From positions 512,001 to 576,000 of the forward strand of contig CAVUCU010000001.1 in NCBI GenBank assembly GCA_963740085.1: a stretch of DNA of 64,000 nucleotides, in the 5' to 3' direction. This document shows positions 21,931-32,644 of this stretch, one piece after another. The stretch is from Nitrospirota bacterium. Lineage in GTDB: Bacteria > Nitrospirota > UBA9217. The notes beneath the pieces were generated by a model. It saw only the letters and a program-made list of their open reading frames with translations, searched no databases and was not told the origin of the DNA. A program made the translations under genes and the position numbers. How positions within the stretch are numbered: the first letter of the stretch is position 1; each line of letters starts with the position of its first letter.

Positions 21931-22419
21931 TTAGCCGATTTCATCACGTATCATAAGGTTTTCGAACGCTGCCTGCTCCAGGGTCATCAGCACAGCATCT
22001 TCAACCGGGGAATCGTAGTATCCCCGCCGCACCGACGTTCCCGTGAACCCGAGGCGTGAATAAAGCTTCTGAGCCGCAGCATTCGATGCCCTGACCTCAA
22101 GAAAGGACCTCGTTGCACCCTTTTGAAACGCTCGCTTCAGTGCTGCAAGGACCAGCTTTTTCGCAACACCCTGCCGTCTCTGCTCCGACGCCACGGCCAG
22201 GTTCAGGATGTGCACCTCACCGGCGACCAGCCAAAACACGACATAGCCGATCACCCTCCGCGAGGACAGGTCATCCGCAAGCGCAACCATGAGTGTGGAG
22301 ACAAGAGGACTGTGAAATTCGGAAAGAAAGAGGTTTCTGGACCAGGGCATGCTGAAAGAGGCCTGCTCGATTTCGAGGACCCGGTCGATATCCTCTTTTT
22401 TCATGAAATCTATCATCAT
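21931..22419 (-). CDS. rimI: Ribosomal protein S18 alanine N-acetyltransferase
   Basis: IEQASFSMPWS, HILNLAV, LEVRASNAAAQKLY and RRGYY...EDA motifs; downstream of tsaB. Confidence 0.9.
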   Translation of the reverse strand: MMIDFMKKEDIDRVLEIEQASFSMPWSRNLFLSEFHSPLVSTLMVALADDLSSRRVIGYVVFWLVAGEVHILNLAVASEQRRQGVAKKLVLAALKRAFQKGATRSFLEVRASNAAAQKLYSRLGFTGTSVRRGYYDSPVEDAVLMTLEQAAFENLMIRDEIG

Positions 22420-22447
22420 TCGCGTTTTCGTTGAAAAAGCTTTTCTC

Positions 22448-22614
22448 ACCACAGAGACACGGAGACACAGAGGACTGAATTCCTTTTTATAACGAATTAC
22501 AGCAGATGAGCCTTTTTGTTATCTTGATTATTCCGGATAAATGAAAGGGTTTCAGAGATTTTAAAAATCCTCAAGGTCCTTTTGTCTTTCTCCGTGCCTC
22601 TGTGTCTCCGTGGT
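22448..22614. repeat. Intergenic palindromic element with 9-bp-period arms
   Basis: ACCACAGAGACACGGAGACACAGAG ... CTCCGTGCCTCTGTGTCTCCGTGGT. Confidence 0.85.
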
Positions 22615-22636
22615 TACACATTGTGTTTTAACTTTT

Positions 22637-23332
22637 TTACGAATGCGCTTTCTTTTCCCACATCACCTCTGCCTCGGGCCTTCGGATATACATCGGCGTC
22701 ACAGCGTCCACGTCGGCCTGTTTACCGCTCCTGATCATGTCGAGGCCGATTTCCGCAACGGTGGCAGCCGAGGGGAGCATGGCCGAGAGCGGCGCGAACA
22801 ATGCCCGGTCTCCGAACATGGTCACCATTTCCTTCCGGAAGATATGGGACGCCTCGCCGGTAAAAAGCGTCTTCCCGGATATCCTCTCGGAGAGTCGAGA
22901 GAGAGAGAGGACTGCCTCGGCCATGACATGCACCAGAACGGTCCCCTCGAACCGGTACATCGCCGCATACACCTCGTTCTTGCGCGCGTCGAGCATCGGG
23001 CAGACCGTGTACGCTGAATAGGGCAGGTTCCACGCCAGGGCCTGTAGCGTCGGCACTGCCGCGACCGGCTTTCCGGTGACGAGCGCGAGTCCCTTGACCG
23101 CCGCAAGACCGATCCTGAGGCCGGTGAATGATCCGGGGCCGATCGCAACGGCATAGCCATCCATGTCGGCTATCGTGAGGCCCGTGTCCCTGAGCACCCG
23201 GTCCACCGTGGACATGAGGCGCTCTGAGTGCGTCACCTCGATGTTCAGGCTGTACTGGGCGATGACTCCGTCTTCGGAAACCACGGCGACGCTGCCGGTC
23301 ATGGTCGATGTCTCGATGCCGAGGATGTACAT
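22637..23332 (-). CDS. tsaB: tRNA threonylcarbamoyladenosine biosynthesis protein TsaB
   Basis: ILGIETST, HSERL, GPGSFTGLRIG and DARKNEVY motifs. Confidence 0.95.
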   Translation of the reverse strand: MYILGIETSTMTGSVAVVSEDGVIAQYSLNIEVTHSERLMSTVDRVLRDTGLTIADMDGYAVAIGPGSFTGLRIGLAAVKGLALVTGKPVAAVPTLQALAWNLPYSAYTVCPMLDARKNEVYAAMYRFEGTVLVHVMAEAVLSLSRLSERISGKTLFTGEASHIFRKEMVTMFGDRALFAPLSAMLPSAATVAEIGLDMIRSGKQADVDAVTPMYIRRPEAEVMWEKKAHS

Positions 23333-23368
23333 AATCAGTACCTTAACATAAAAAGAGGAGCATGCAAG

Positions 23369-23659
23369 CTAACTTTCATATCCATACCGGATGTCAAAAT
23401 GCTTATACTCTCCTTTGTACGGTTCCCAGAAAATATCCACCTTGTTTACTTGCGCTGCCAACGGTCCTCGATGGCACCAGCCGATGATCTCCTCGACCTT
23501 CTTCTTCTCCCCCTCGAACAATGCCTGAACTGTGCCGTCAGGAAGGTTCATGACCCATCCCGCCACGCCGATCCGGATTGCCTCATCCTTCGTGCTTCCG
23601 CGGAACCAGACTCCCTGTACGTAACCGTGAACGATCACCCGTGCGCGAAGATGCTCCAT
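23369..23659 (-). CDS. acyP: Acylphosphatase
   Basis: GYVQGVWFR, GWVMNLPDGTV and WCHRGP motifs. Confidence 0.92.
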   Translation of the reverse strand: MEHLRARVIVHGYVQGVWFRGSTKDEAIRIGVAGWVMNLPDGTVQALFEGEKKKVEEIIGWCHRGPLAAQVNKVDIFWEPYKGEYKHFDIRYGYES

Positions 23660-23698
23660 ACAATCAAGCTCCAATCGGAATCAACAGACCAAAGCGTC

Positions 23699-23807
23699 TC
23701 TCGCGGAGCACGCTGAGAACGCAGAGTTAAATCATAATCTTTAAGTAGGAATTTTAACCCGGAATATTTTTTAAGCCTTTCTCTGCGAGCTCTGCGTCTC
23801 TGCGAGA
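23699..23807. repeat. MITE/REP-like palindromic element, copy 2
   Basis: TCTCGCGGAGCACGCTGAGAACGCAGAG ... CTCTGCGAGCTCTGCGTCTCTGCGAGA; similar to 9000-9103 along its whole length. Confidence 0.85.
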
Positions 23808-23834
23808 AAAATTCTCTTATAACTAATTGCTTCG

Positions 23835-25475
23835 CTAGCGTCTTGGTCCCCTCTTGCCGGCCCCCTGCCCGGGACCCCGGGACCCCGCCGGTCTGTTTGC
23901 ACGTCTCGGTCCTTTGCCAGTATGGGTACTCTTGTTCGGACGGGGCCCGGAAACCGGCCGTTGTCCCCCATGCCATGCCCCTTTGCTTCGCGAATCACTT
24001 CTACCGCTGCCGCTGTCGGGCCAGGACCGCGCGGCCGGTTTTCGCCTGGTTTCCGGCCTTTCCGAGACTGCTCCTGCGGCGGGTCTGCCAATGCCTGTTC
24101 TCATTGTTGGGCGGCCCATGGTAGCTCTCGTTGAAGGGCGGGCACTGCTGTCACTTCGCGGCCCATAACCCGGGACCGCACCCGGCGCCTTACTGCCTGG
24201 ACCACTCTTTCTCGTACTGGGCCAAGGCCGCTGGTCCGGCTTTCGTCTGATATCAGGTTTCTCCATGGCTGCCCCTGGTGCGGGCCTGCCCATGCCTGTT
24301 CTTCTTGTCTGGCGGTTCGCGGCCGGACGTGATGTTGGACTGTACGTGCTGTCCCCTCGCGGTTTGCGTGCATCTACCTTCGGTCCATCGAAGGAAGTCT
24401 TTTGCTGCGGGGCCGACGCCTTGACCACCTGATTTCTTCTTAGCCCTTCCCTCGTATCCTGCATAGCAGGGGTCCGGGCCCGGCCAACGCCCGCCTTCTG
24501 ACTGCTCGCACCAATTGCCGGTCTCCCGTAGCCCTTCATTACACCTCGACCCTTGACCCCGGATCCCGGGTCCTCTTTCTTACCGGCCTCCGCCCGCCAC
24601 GGTCTTGCATCCGGTTGAGCGCCCCGGTGAGCCGGCTTCTTCGTGCCTCTCGCGTTCATCAGCCGCGGTTCGTCTCTGCCCGAATTCACCACCCTTTGCG
24701 GTCTGACCACCGCCTTCTGTCTTCCGGCCCCTGGCTCCGGACGGCTGACCTCTGTCTTTAGAGCAAGTTCCTTCAGACCCGTGACCTCATCATTCGTTAA
24801 ATAACGGAAGCTCCCCTCCTGAAGATCGCCAAGTGTCTGGTTGCCGGTTCTGACCCGCTTCAGTCTGATCACCGAGTGGCCCACGCGGTCGAACATGCGC
24901 CGTACCTGGCGTTTCCGTCCTTCGTGGATCGTGATCTCGAGCCAGGAATTGGCCTCTTCTTTTCTGATCTTTTTGATCCTTGCCGGAGCGGTCTTGCCGT
25001 CATCGAGATAGATGCCTTTCTCGAGATTGTCTATCTGGCCGTCTTCGAGCACACCCTTGACCTTGGCCAGATAGGTCTTGGGAAACTCGTGCTTTGGATG
25101 CGTGATCAAATGGGCGAAGTCTCCGTCATTCGTCAGGAGAAGAAGTCCCTCGGTGTTGTAGTCCAGCCTGCCCACGGGATATACGCGGACCTTGACCCCC
25201 TTCAGCAGATCCTGCACCGTGGGCCGCCCTTCAGGGTCGGACATGGTCGTGACAAAACCCGCGGGTTTGTTCAGCATGATGTAGGTCTGCGGCTGTTGGG
25301 GGTTGATGAGCTTGCCGTCAACCTTGATATGGTCCTTGGAGGGGTCGGCCTTGGTGCCGAGCTCGGTCACCACCTGGCCGTTCACGCGTACCCTGCCCTC
25401 GGTGATAAGCTCTTCCGCAGCTCGACGGGAGGTAACGCCCGCGGCGGATATGATCTTCTGGATACGTTCTAACAT
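23835..25475 (-). CDS. rluB: 23S rRNA pseudouridine synthase (RluB/RsuA family) with long basic low-complexity tail
   Basis: S4 domain (RIQKIISAAGVTSRRAAE), VGRLDYNTEGLLLLTNDG and EGRKRQVRRM motifs. Confidence 0.9.
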   Translation of the reverse strand: MLERIQKIISAAGVTSRRAAEELITEGRVRVNGQVVTELGTKADPSKDHIKVDGKLINPQQPQTYIMLNKPAGFVTTMSDPEGRPTVQDLLKGVKVRVYPVGRLDYNTEGLLLLTNDGDFAHLITHPKHEFPKTYLAKVKGVLEDGQIDNLEKGIYLDDGKTAPARIKKIRKEEANSWLEITIHEGRKRQVRRMFDRVGHSVIRLKRVRTGNQTLGDLQEGSFRYLTNDEVTGLKELALKTEVSRPEPGAGRQKAVVRPQRVVNSGRDEPRLMNARGTKKPAHRGAQPDARPWRAEAGKKEDPGSGVKGRGVMKGYGRPAIGASSQKAGVGRARTPAMQDTREGLRRNQVVKASAPQQKTSFDGPKVDARKPRGDSTYSPTSRPAANRQTRRTGMGRPAPGAAMEKPDIRRKPDQRPWPSTRKSGPGSKAPGAVPGYGPRSDSSARPSTRATMGRPTMRTGIGRPAAGAVSERPETRRKPAARSWPDSGSGRSDSRSKGAWHGGQRPVSGPRPNKSTHTGKGPRRANRPAGSRGPGQGAGKRGPRR

Positions 25476-25519
25476 TTAAACCCTTTCAGATAACTCCTTT
25501 ATTTTTCTTCCTGAAAAGC

Positions 25520-25548
25520 ATTATACTGTTTATCTGCTTGAAAAGCAA
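25520..25548 (-). promoter_or_regulatory. Sigma70-like promoter of rluB
   Basis: TTGCTT-17nt-TATAAT. Confidence 0.6.
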
Positions 25549-25703
25549 TTTACGTGCACGTGCATTTTCACTGACAAAATGAAGGTCCCTCTCTGATTGG
25601 CATTTGACCAGTTCAAGAGCAGCGCTTAAAATAAAATCGCCCCAGGTTACCTCTATACCTAGGGCGTTCATGCATAGTGCACGCGGAGATCAGGTCTATT
25701 AAC

Positions 25704-25889
25704 TTATTCGCGCCGACTCGCCAGCCATTCCTTGAGCCGCGGACACTTCTTCTTCGAACGGTTGTCGGCACAGTCGCCGCAGATCGTCATATCCTGGCTG
25801 CACGGTACAAAACCGGCAGGGCTGTGGGTGTCCAATGCCTTCTTCCTCTTTGCGCTGCGCGCTTTTTCAATGCTTGTTACTTCCGACAT
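25704..25889 (-). CDS. Small 4-Cys hypothetical protein
   Basis: 61-aa ORF co-oriented after guaB with C-x6-CxxC-x8-C. Confidence 0.5.
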   Translation of the reverse strand: MSEVTSIEKARSAKRKKALDTHSPAGFVPCSQDMTICGDCADNRSKKKCPRLKEWLASRRE

Positions 25890-25948
25890 GATAACCCGAT
25901 AAAAATATTTTTCCGACTTCTGGCTCCTGACCCCTGTCTTCTGCGTTG

Positions 25949-27442
<1,494 letters not shown>

Positions 27443-27590
27443 TTACGCGAATATTCACGAATCAAGAACGGTCAGGGGAAAGGGAAAGGCGGGTGAACAA
27501 AATAAAGAAAATGTTTTTCTCCATTTTCCCCTAATCAAATTTAGTCTGGTACTTTACCACACCAGCTCCAAAACCTCAAGAAAAACCGGA

Positions 27591-28229
27591 TTACTGAAAC
27601 CCCGATTCCTTATTCAAGAAGGGGTTCTCCTCCCGCTCTTCGCCGATGGTGGAAGCGGGGCCGTGGCCGCAATAGACCTTGGTATTGTCCGGCAGGGTCA
27701 TGAGGTTCGTCGTGATCGAGCGGAGCAGGGTCTTCAGGTCTCCGCCCGGAAGGTCAGTCCTGCCGATGGAGCCTGCAAAGAGCGCATCCCCGGTGAATAC
27801 CATCCCTTGTTCCAGCAGGCTGATGCCGCCCGGAGAATGTCCGGGTGTGTGCAGTACCTTGAGAGACACTTCGCCCGCATTGATCATATCCCCGTGCTTC
27901 ACATACCGATCCGCCTGGGGAGAGGATGTGGTATTCATACCGAATGCGCGGGACTGCATCGTCGCTGAGGCCATCATCGGCGCGTCACTTTCGTGAATGA
28001 GCAGCTCTGCACCTGTGGCCTCCTTGAGCGCCTTATTCGCGCCCAGATGATCGAAGTGGCCATGGGTATTTACGATGTATTTGACTTTCAGACCCTTGTC
28101 CTTGATGATCTTCAGGATCTCTTGGGCATCATCACCCGGATCGATGACCACCGCTTCTTTGGTCTTCTCGTCCGCAAGGATAAAGCAGTTCACCTGGAGC
28201 GGGCCTACTACGAGACGAATGAGCACCAT
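27591..28229 (-). CDS. MBL-fold metallo-hydrolase (glyoxalase II-like)
   Basis: THGHFDHLG, HTPGHSPG, FTGDALF and GHG motifs; start 28229 (the longer track ORF runs through a repeat). Confidence 0.92.
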   Translation of the reverse strand: MVLIRLVVGPLQVNCFILADEKTKEAVVIDPGDDAQEILKIIKDKGLKVKYIVNTHGHFDHLGANKALKEATGAELLIHESDAPMMASATMQSRAFGMNTTSSPQADRYVKHGDMINAGEVSLKVLHTPGHSPGGISLLEQGMVFTGDALFAGSIGRTDLPGGDLKTLLRSITTNLMTLPDNTKVYCGHGPASTIGEEREENPFLNKESGFQ

Positions 28230-28274
28230 ATTGTTCTTCTTTCCTGTATCCGGTTGTGAGAGAAACCCGATCAT

Positions 28275-28343
28275 ACACAAAGACAGAGAGATCACACAGA
28301 GAACAATAACGACCTTTACTTTGTGTCTTTGTGCCTCAGTGGC
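28275..28343. repeat. Degenerate 9-bp-period palindromic element overlapping the ogt 3' end
   Basis: ACACAAAGACAGAGAG ... CTTTGTGTCTTTGTGCCTCAGTGGC. Confidence 0.55.
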
Positions 28344-28875
28344 GACCATGTGCTTTTGCTTCCAGCTCCAGGAGTCTCTTCTTCATCCCGATCCCTCCGG
28401 AGAACCCGCCCAGCGTACCTGCTGAGCTGATGACGCGATGTCAGGGAATAATGATCGGCATTGGATTGGCGCCGAGCGCCCCGCCCACCGCCCTTGCTGC
28501 CTTCGCATTCTTTATCCTCTTCGCGATCCAGGCATAGGACCTCGTCTCGCCAAACGGGATCTCCGCTGCCGCCTTCCAGACCGCCTGCTGGAAGGCCGTA
28601 TAATAACGCATATCAAGAGGCAGGTCAAATAAAACGCGTTTGCCCGAGAAGTATTGCTCGAGCAGTTTAACCGTCTTTTCCATTATCTTCGCTCTCCCTC
28701 TCCCCCCGCGGGAGAGGGCCGGGGTGAGGGGGGACGCCGGACTTTTCATTTCCTTTTCAACTGCCTTCTTCTCTTTCTTCGGCAGAACAATCCTGGATAT
28801 CCCCTTTTCTGACACAGCCACTCCCGCCCAGCCAAAAGGGGTCTTAAAATAAATCAGATCCTGATCGAATGGCAT
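28336..28875 (-). CDS. ogt: Methylated-DNA--protein-cysteine methyltransferase, probable selenoprotein (in-frame TGA at the catalytic residue)
   Basis: FQQAVW, IPFGETRSY and ARAVGGALGANPMPIIIP, then TGA (28441-28443), then in-frame HRVISSAGTLGGFSGGIGMKKRLLELE; 179 aa if read through. Confidence 0.85.
28408..28427 (-). promoter_or_regulatory. Candidate bacterial SECIS element
   Basis: GCUCAGC-AGGUAC-GCUGGGC 7-bp hairpin; the loop starts after a 20-nt spacer 3' of the UGA and contains GGU. Confidence 0.7.
28694..28731. repeat. REP-like palindrome inserted in-frame in ogt
   Basis: CCCTCTCCC-CCCGC-GGGAGAGGG-CCGGGGTGAGGGG, encoding PLTPALSRGGRG on the minus strand. Confidence 0.75.
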
Positions 28876-28885
28876 ACCCTGCCCC

Positions 28886-30475
28886 TTAACCCTGGTTCCT
28901 GGACCCTTTTTTTCGCCTCATCATCCCCCATATGAAACTCAGCTCCTCGCTTCTCAAAATCCACATGACGATGACATAGAACAGCACGCTTACTGCCACG
29001 CTGCCGCCGAGCAGTTCGGCTTTATAGAGCGTGTTTCCCGTCGCGCCCCAGACCGGTTGCTTGCTGACCCACCAGCCGATCACGCCCATAACAACGGACG
29101 CGGGAACGATCTTGAGGAGAGAGAGTGCGATCCTTCTGCCGTCCATGCGGCCTATCTTTTTTCTGAGCAGCACGATGAGGATGCTGATATTGAGCGTAGC
29201 CGCGAGCGACGTCGCAAGTGCGAGGCCGCCGTGTTCCATCCTGGTCCAGGAGACGAATGCCGTGCTCAGCACGATGTTCGTGAGCACCGCCAGCACCGCG
29301 ATCTTAACCGGCGTTTTCGTGTCCTGAAGGGCATAGAATGCCTGTGAAACGATCCTGACGCCGGCAAAGGCCCAGAGTCCCACAGCGTAGTACAGGAGTG
29401 CGGCAGAAACGCCAAGCGTGGACACATGATCAAACTGGCCGTGCTCCAGAAGAAGGTTGACGATCGGCACCCGGAGCGTGATGAGGCCGGCCATGGCCGG
29501 AAACATGATGAAGAACACAAGCCTCAGCCCGAACGACAACGTCTCGCGGAACTCCGTGGTCTCGCCCCGCGCTGCCTGGGCCGACATGGTCGGGAGCACT
29601 GCCGTGGCAATGGCGACGCCGAAGATGCCGAGCGGGAAATGGATGAACCGCATGCCGTAGAACAGATAGGTGATGCTTCCCGTTGCGAGGAAGGACGCGA
29701 AGATAGTGCCGATAAAAATGTTGAGCTGGTTCGCAGACGAGCTGAAAAGCACCTGGGCGGCCAGCCGCGCGATCCTGAGTACGCCGGGATGGCTCGGGGA
29801 AAACTGGGGCTTCAGCATCATCCCCTGGCGTTTGAGCCCCGGCAACTGGATCAGGAACTGGCAGAGCCCGCCGAGAACAACACCGACAGCCACACCGAAG
29901 ATCGGCTCTGACATGAACCGCGTGCTCAGCACCACGGCGCTGATGACCATCACGTTCAGCATGACAGGTGATAGCGCGGGAGTAAGAAACGCCCGGAGAG
30001 AATTCAACATGCCCATGGCAAGCGCGGCAAGCCCGATGAACAAGAGATAGGGGAACATGATGCGCGTGAGCATCACCCCGAGGACATACTTGTCATGCTC
30101 CGCCCGATACGCCCAGCCCCAGGCAATGGCTTTTACCACGTAAGGAGCAAGTATGATTCCGAGCCCTGTCAGGATGATCAGGATCACCAGGAGACGGGCA
30201 AAAACCGCGTTCGCCAGGTGGCGGGCGCTTTCCCGGGATTCTTTGGTGAGCGTCTCGGTAAAGACCGGGATGAATGCCGCGGACATCGAACCTTCGGCCA
30301 AAAGCTCTCGCAGAAGGTTCGGAATGCGGTACGCCACGTAGAAGGCATCTGCCGCCAGGCCCGTGCCAAAGGCCCAGGACATGACCATGTCGCGAATATA
30401 CCCCATGACGCGGCTGGCAAGCGTGGCAGCGCCGACAACGCCGGCGGCCTTTGCGACCTTTACCTGCTCAGACAT
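28886..30475 (-). CDS. murJ: Lipid II flippase MurJ/MviN
   Basis: SRVMGYIRD, RIPNLLRELLAEG, PLGIFGVAIAT and FYALQDTKTP motifs; multiple TM helices. Confidence 0.95.
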   Translation of the reverse strand: MSEQVKVAKAAGVVGAATLASRVMGYIRDMVMSWAFGTGLAADAFYVAYRIPNLLRELLAEGSMSAAFIPVFTETLTKESRESARHLANAVFARLLVILIILTGLGIILAPYVVKAIAWGWAYRAEHDKYVLGVMLTRIMFPYLLFIGLAALAMGMLNSLRAFLTPALSPVMLNVMVISAVVLSTRFMSEPIFGVAVGVVLGGLCQFLIQLPGLKRQGMMLKPQFSPSHPGVLRIARLAAQVLFSSSANQLNIFIGTIFASFLATGSITYLFYGMRFIHFPLGIFGVAIATAVLPTMSAQAARGETTEFRETLSFGLRLVFFIMFPAMAGLITLRVPIVNLLLEHGQFDHVSTLGVSAALLYYAVGLWAFAGVRIVSQAFYALQDTKTPVKIAVLAVLTNIVLSTAFVSWTRMEHGGLALATSLAATLNISILIVLLRKKIGRMDGRRIALSLLKIVPASVVMGVIGWWVSKQPVWGATGNTLYKAELLGGSVAVSVLFYVIVMWILRSEELSFIWGMMRRKKGSRNQG

Positions 30476-30553
30476 GCGGACTCACCTCGAAAGAAATACG
30501 GAAATAAGTGGTAACTTTATCAGAAAACAGCTGGTAAGAAAAGGATTTTTTTC

Positions 30554-30583
30554 TTGACACCAAACGTCCCTTTGTGTTACAAG
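30554..30583 (+). promoter_or_regulatory. Putative promoter of rpsT
   Basis: TTGACA-18nt-TACAAG with an extended -10 TG. Confidence 0.45.
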
Positions 30584-30619
30584 ATGGTTCTGGTTTTAAC
30601 CCTATTAAGGAGGCAAGAA

Positions 30620-30889
30620 GTGGCAATTCATAAATCAGTCATCAAAAGGCAGAGGCAAGCCGACAAGCAGCACCTCATCAACAACTCCGCAAAATCCCTT
30701 CTCAAGACCCTTTCAAAGAAGGTGGAGCAGGCCGTTGAGTCCAAGAACGCCGAAATAGCCAAGACAGCCATGGTAAATGCTATGAAAGCCTATGACAAGG
30801 CCGCATCAAAGGGAATCCTGCACAAGAACACTGCTTCCCGGAAGATCTCCCGTTTATCGAAAAAGGTGGGCAAGGTCACCGCCGCATAA
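30620..30889 (+). CDS. rpsT: 30S ribosomal protein S20
   Basis: AAGGAGG SD and GTG start; HKSVIKRQRQ...DKAASKGILHKNTASRKISRL. Confidence 0.95.
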   Translation: MAIHKSVIKRQRQADKQHLINNSAKSLLKTLSKKVEQAVESKNAEIAKTAMVNAMKAYDKAASKGILHKNTASRKISRLSKKVGKVTAA

Positions 30890-30988
30890 GCACCACCGGC
30901 GAATCGATTCTGTCGGTGAATTGACAAGACGAGCGAAGAGGCTTTCCGGCAGTCTCGATTGATGTTCCCATTTCACCGATTCTCCCCT

Positions 30989-31999
30989 TCACCCCTTTAT
31001 TGACGAACCGCACAACCTCAGGATCATCCGCTCCAGGATCAGTCTGCCGTTCAAGCCGCTCGACTTGAGCGCCTTATCCGTTGAGAGCATAACAGCAAAG
31101 ACCTCGCGCAGTTCATCCAGGGTATAACATCGCATCTGTTCCTTGAACAGGCCTGCCTGATGAAAAATGATCCGGAGCTTTTTCGTAATATCATCCGGCC
31201 TCACGCCCGCCGCCTCCATGGTCTTTGCCTGCATGAGCCTGCGGAAGTTCCAGGCGATCGAGCCGAGCAGGCCAACCGGTGCCTCGCCCTCCTGGATCAG
31301 CCGCGAAAGGATAAGGAAGGCCTTTTCACTGTTCTTCTGCCCGATCGCGGCGGCAAGATCGAAGGAGGAGTACTCCCGGAAGTCCCCCACCACGGTCTTT
31401 ACGTCATCAAGGGTGAGGATCTTTTTTTCTTTTAATGAAATCCGGACCTTCTCAAGCTCGTTAATGATCTTCTGAAGATCGTTCCCGAGGGTTTGCCACA
31501 GGAATTGGGCCGCGTCGCGTCGTATGGATAGACCGCGCGTCCTCGCCCACTCCTCGATCCAGGCAACGATCTCACGGTCCAGCAGCGCATAGAACCGAGT
31601 CACCGCGCCGTGGGCCTCCACAGCGGAGGTGACGGCTTTTTTTTCAAACCGTGGCTGGTTCGAGAGCATGAGCAGGCAGGTGCTGGGTGAAGGGTCGTTG
31701 AGATAGGGGATAAGTTCCTCAAGATCTGCGGCCTTGAAGACATCGATCTCCTTCGCGATCACGAGCCGCTTTTCGGACAGGAAAGGGAGTGTCTGGCAAA
31801 GGTTCACCAACTCGGAGGAGGACGTGTCCTTGCAGTAAAGCGTATTGAAGTTAAAGTCCCTGGCCCCTGGATCAACAACCTTACTGATGATCAGGTCGAC
31901 CGCCTCCTGGATCAGGAATTCCTCTTCTCCGAAGAACAGGTAGAGTGGGAGGATCTTCCCTTGCTTGAGACCGGACATGAGGTCGTGATATTTGAGCAT
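30989..31999 (-). CDS. holA: DNA polymerase III delta subunit
   Basis: YLFFGEEEFL, TLPFLSEKRLVI and ELEK motifs; leuS-lptE-holA synteny. Confidence 0.92.
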   Translation of the reverse strand: MLKYHDLMSGLKQGKILPLYLFFGEEEFLIQEAVDLIISKVVDPGARDFNFNTLYCKDTSSSELVNLCQTLPFLSEKRLVIAKEIDVFKAADLEELIPYLNDPSPSTCLLMLSNQPRFEKKAVTSAVEAHGAVTRFYALLDREIVAWIEEWARTRGLSIRRDAAQFLWQTLGNDLQKIINELEKVRISLKEKKILTLDDVKTVVGDFREYSSFDLAAAIGQKNSEKAFLILSRLIQEGEAPVGLLGSIAWNFRRLMQAKTMEAAGVRPDDITKKLRIIFHQAGLFKEQMRCYTLDELREVFAVMLSTDKALKSSGLNGRLILERMILRLCGSSIKG

Positions 32000-32094
32000 A
32001 AGAATTTAAAAATCAAAACGAAAAATGCAAACTACAAAACGAAAATAGCGGCCGGACCCATTTTACACTTTGCGCTCTGCATCCTCCCTTGTCC

Positions 32095-32631
32095 TCAAAA
32101 GCCGTCCAGCAACCTGCTGCGAAGCGTCGAAGCCACGTCCCGGCTTGCACTCTTAAGGGCCGCTTCTTTCGCGATCTTCGTGGCAGTGATGTTGCCGACT
32201 GATACACTATAGCCCGCGTTGAAGACCGAGCCTATACCTTTTTCCTGCCAGATGATTTTGTGGGTCTTGACGTCCTCTACGCTCACGTTCACACCAAGAC
32301 TAACGGTATAGGACTGAATATAATTATCCGTCGTATATGCAGACGGAGTAATGTCAAATTTCGTAACCTTCCCCCTGAGAACCAGATCAGCCGTCTCCGC
32401 GCTGACTACCTTCAACCTGCCGTCGGTAAGGAACTCGTTCACGACAGCCTTGGTCACCTCGACATCCGCATAGGGCTCCATGGTGCTGTTGATGAACGCA
32501 GGAATGGCGATGGTCTTGGCGTCTTCGGGCACGATCCCTCCCACCGAAGTGAACCGGTATCCGCAGGAGGTTGCCAGCACAAGGAACAATAAAATGACCA
32601 GTTTCGTTATGGTTATTAATGCTCGCTGCAT
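32095..32631 (-). CDS. lptE: LPS-assembly lipoprotein LptE-like
   Basis: ATSCGY lipobox and IAIPAFIN motif; between leuS and holA. Confidence 0.8.
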   Translation of the reverse strand: MQRALITITKLVILLFLVLATSCGYRFTSVGGIVPEDAKTIAIPAFINSTMEPYADVEVTKAVVNEFLTDGRLKVVSAETADLVLRGKVTKFDITPSAYTTDNYIQSYTVSLGVNVSVEDVKTHKIIWQEKGIGSVFNAGYSVSVGNITATKIAKEAALKSASRDVASTLRSRLLDGF

Positions 32632-32644
32632 ATTTTACCTCCGT

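Noticed and set aside
28230-28349. Apparent N-terminal TM extension of the MBL hydrolase
   Set aside because: It is translation through an intergenic repeat and overlaps the ogt 3' end; the real start is likely 28229
28441-28875. ogt as a truncated pseudogene
   Set aside because: The stop falls exactly on the catalytic Cys, the downstream frame is intact and a SECIS-like hairpin follows; Sec is favoured but not proven
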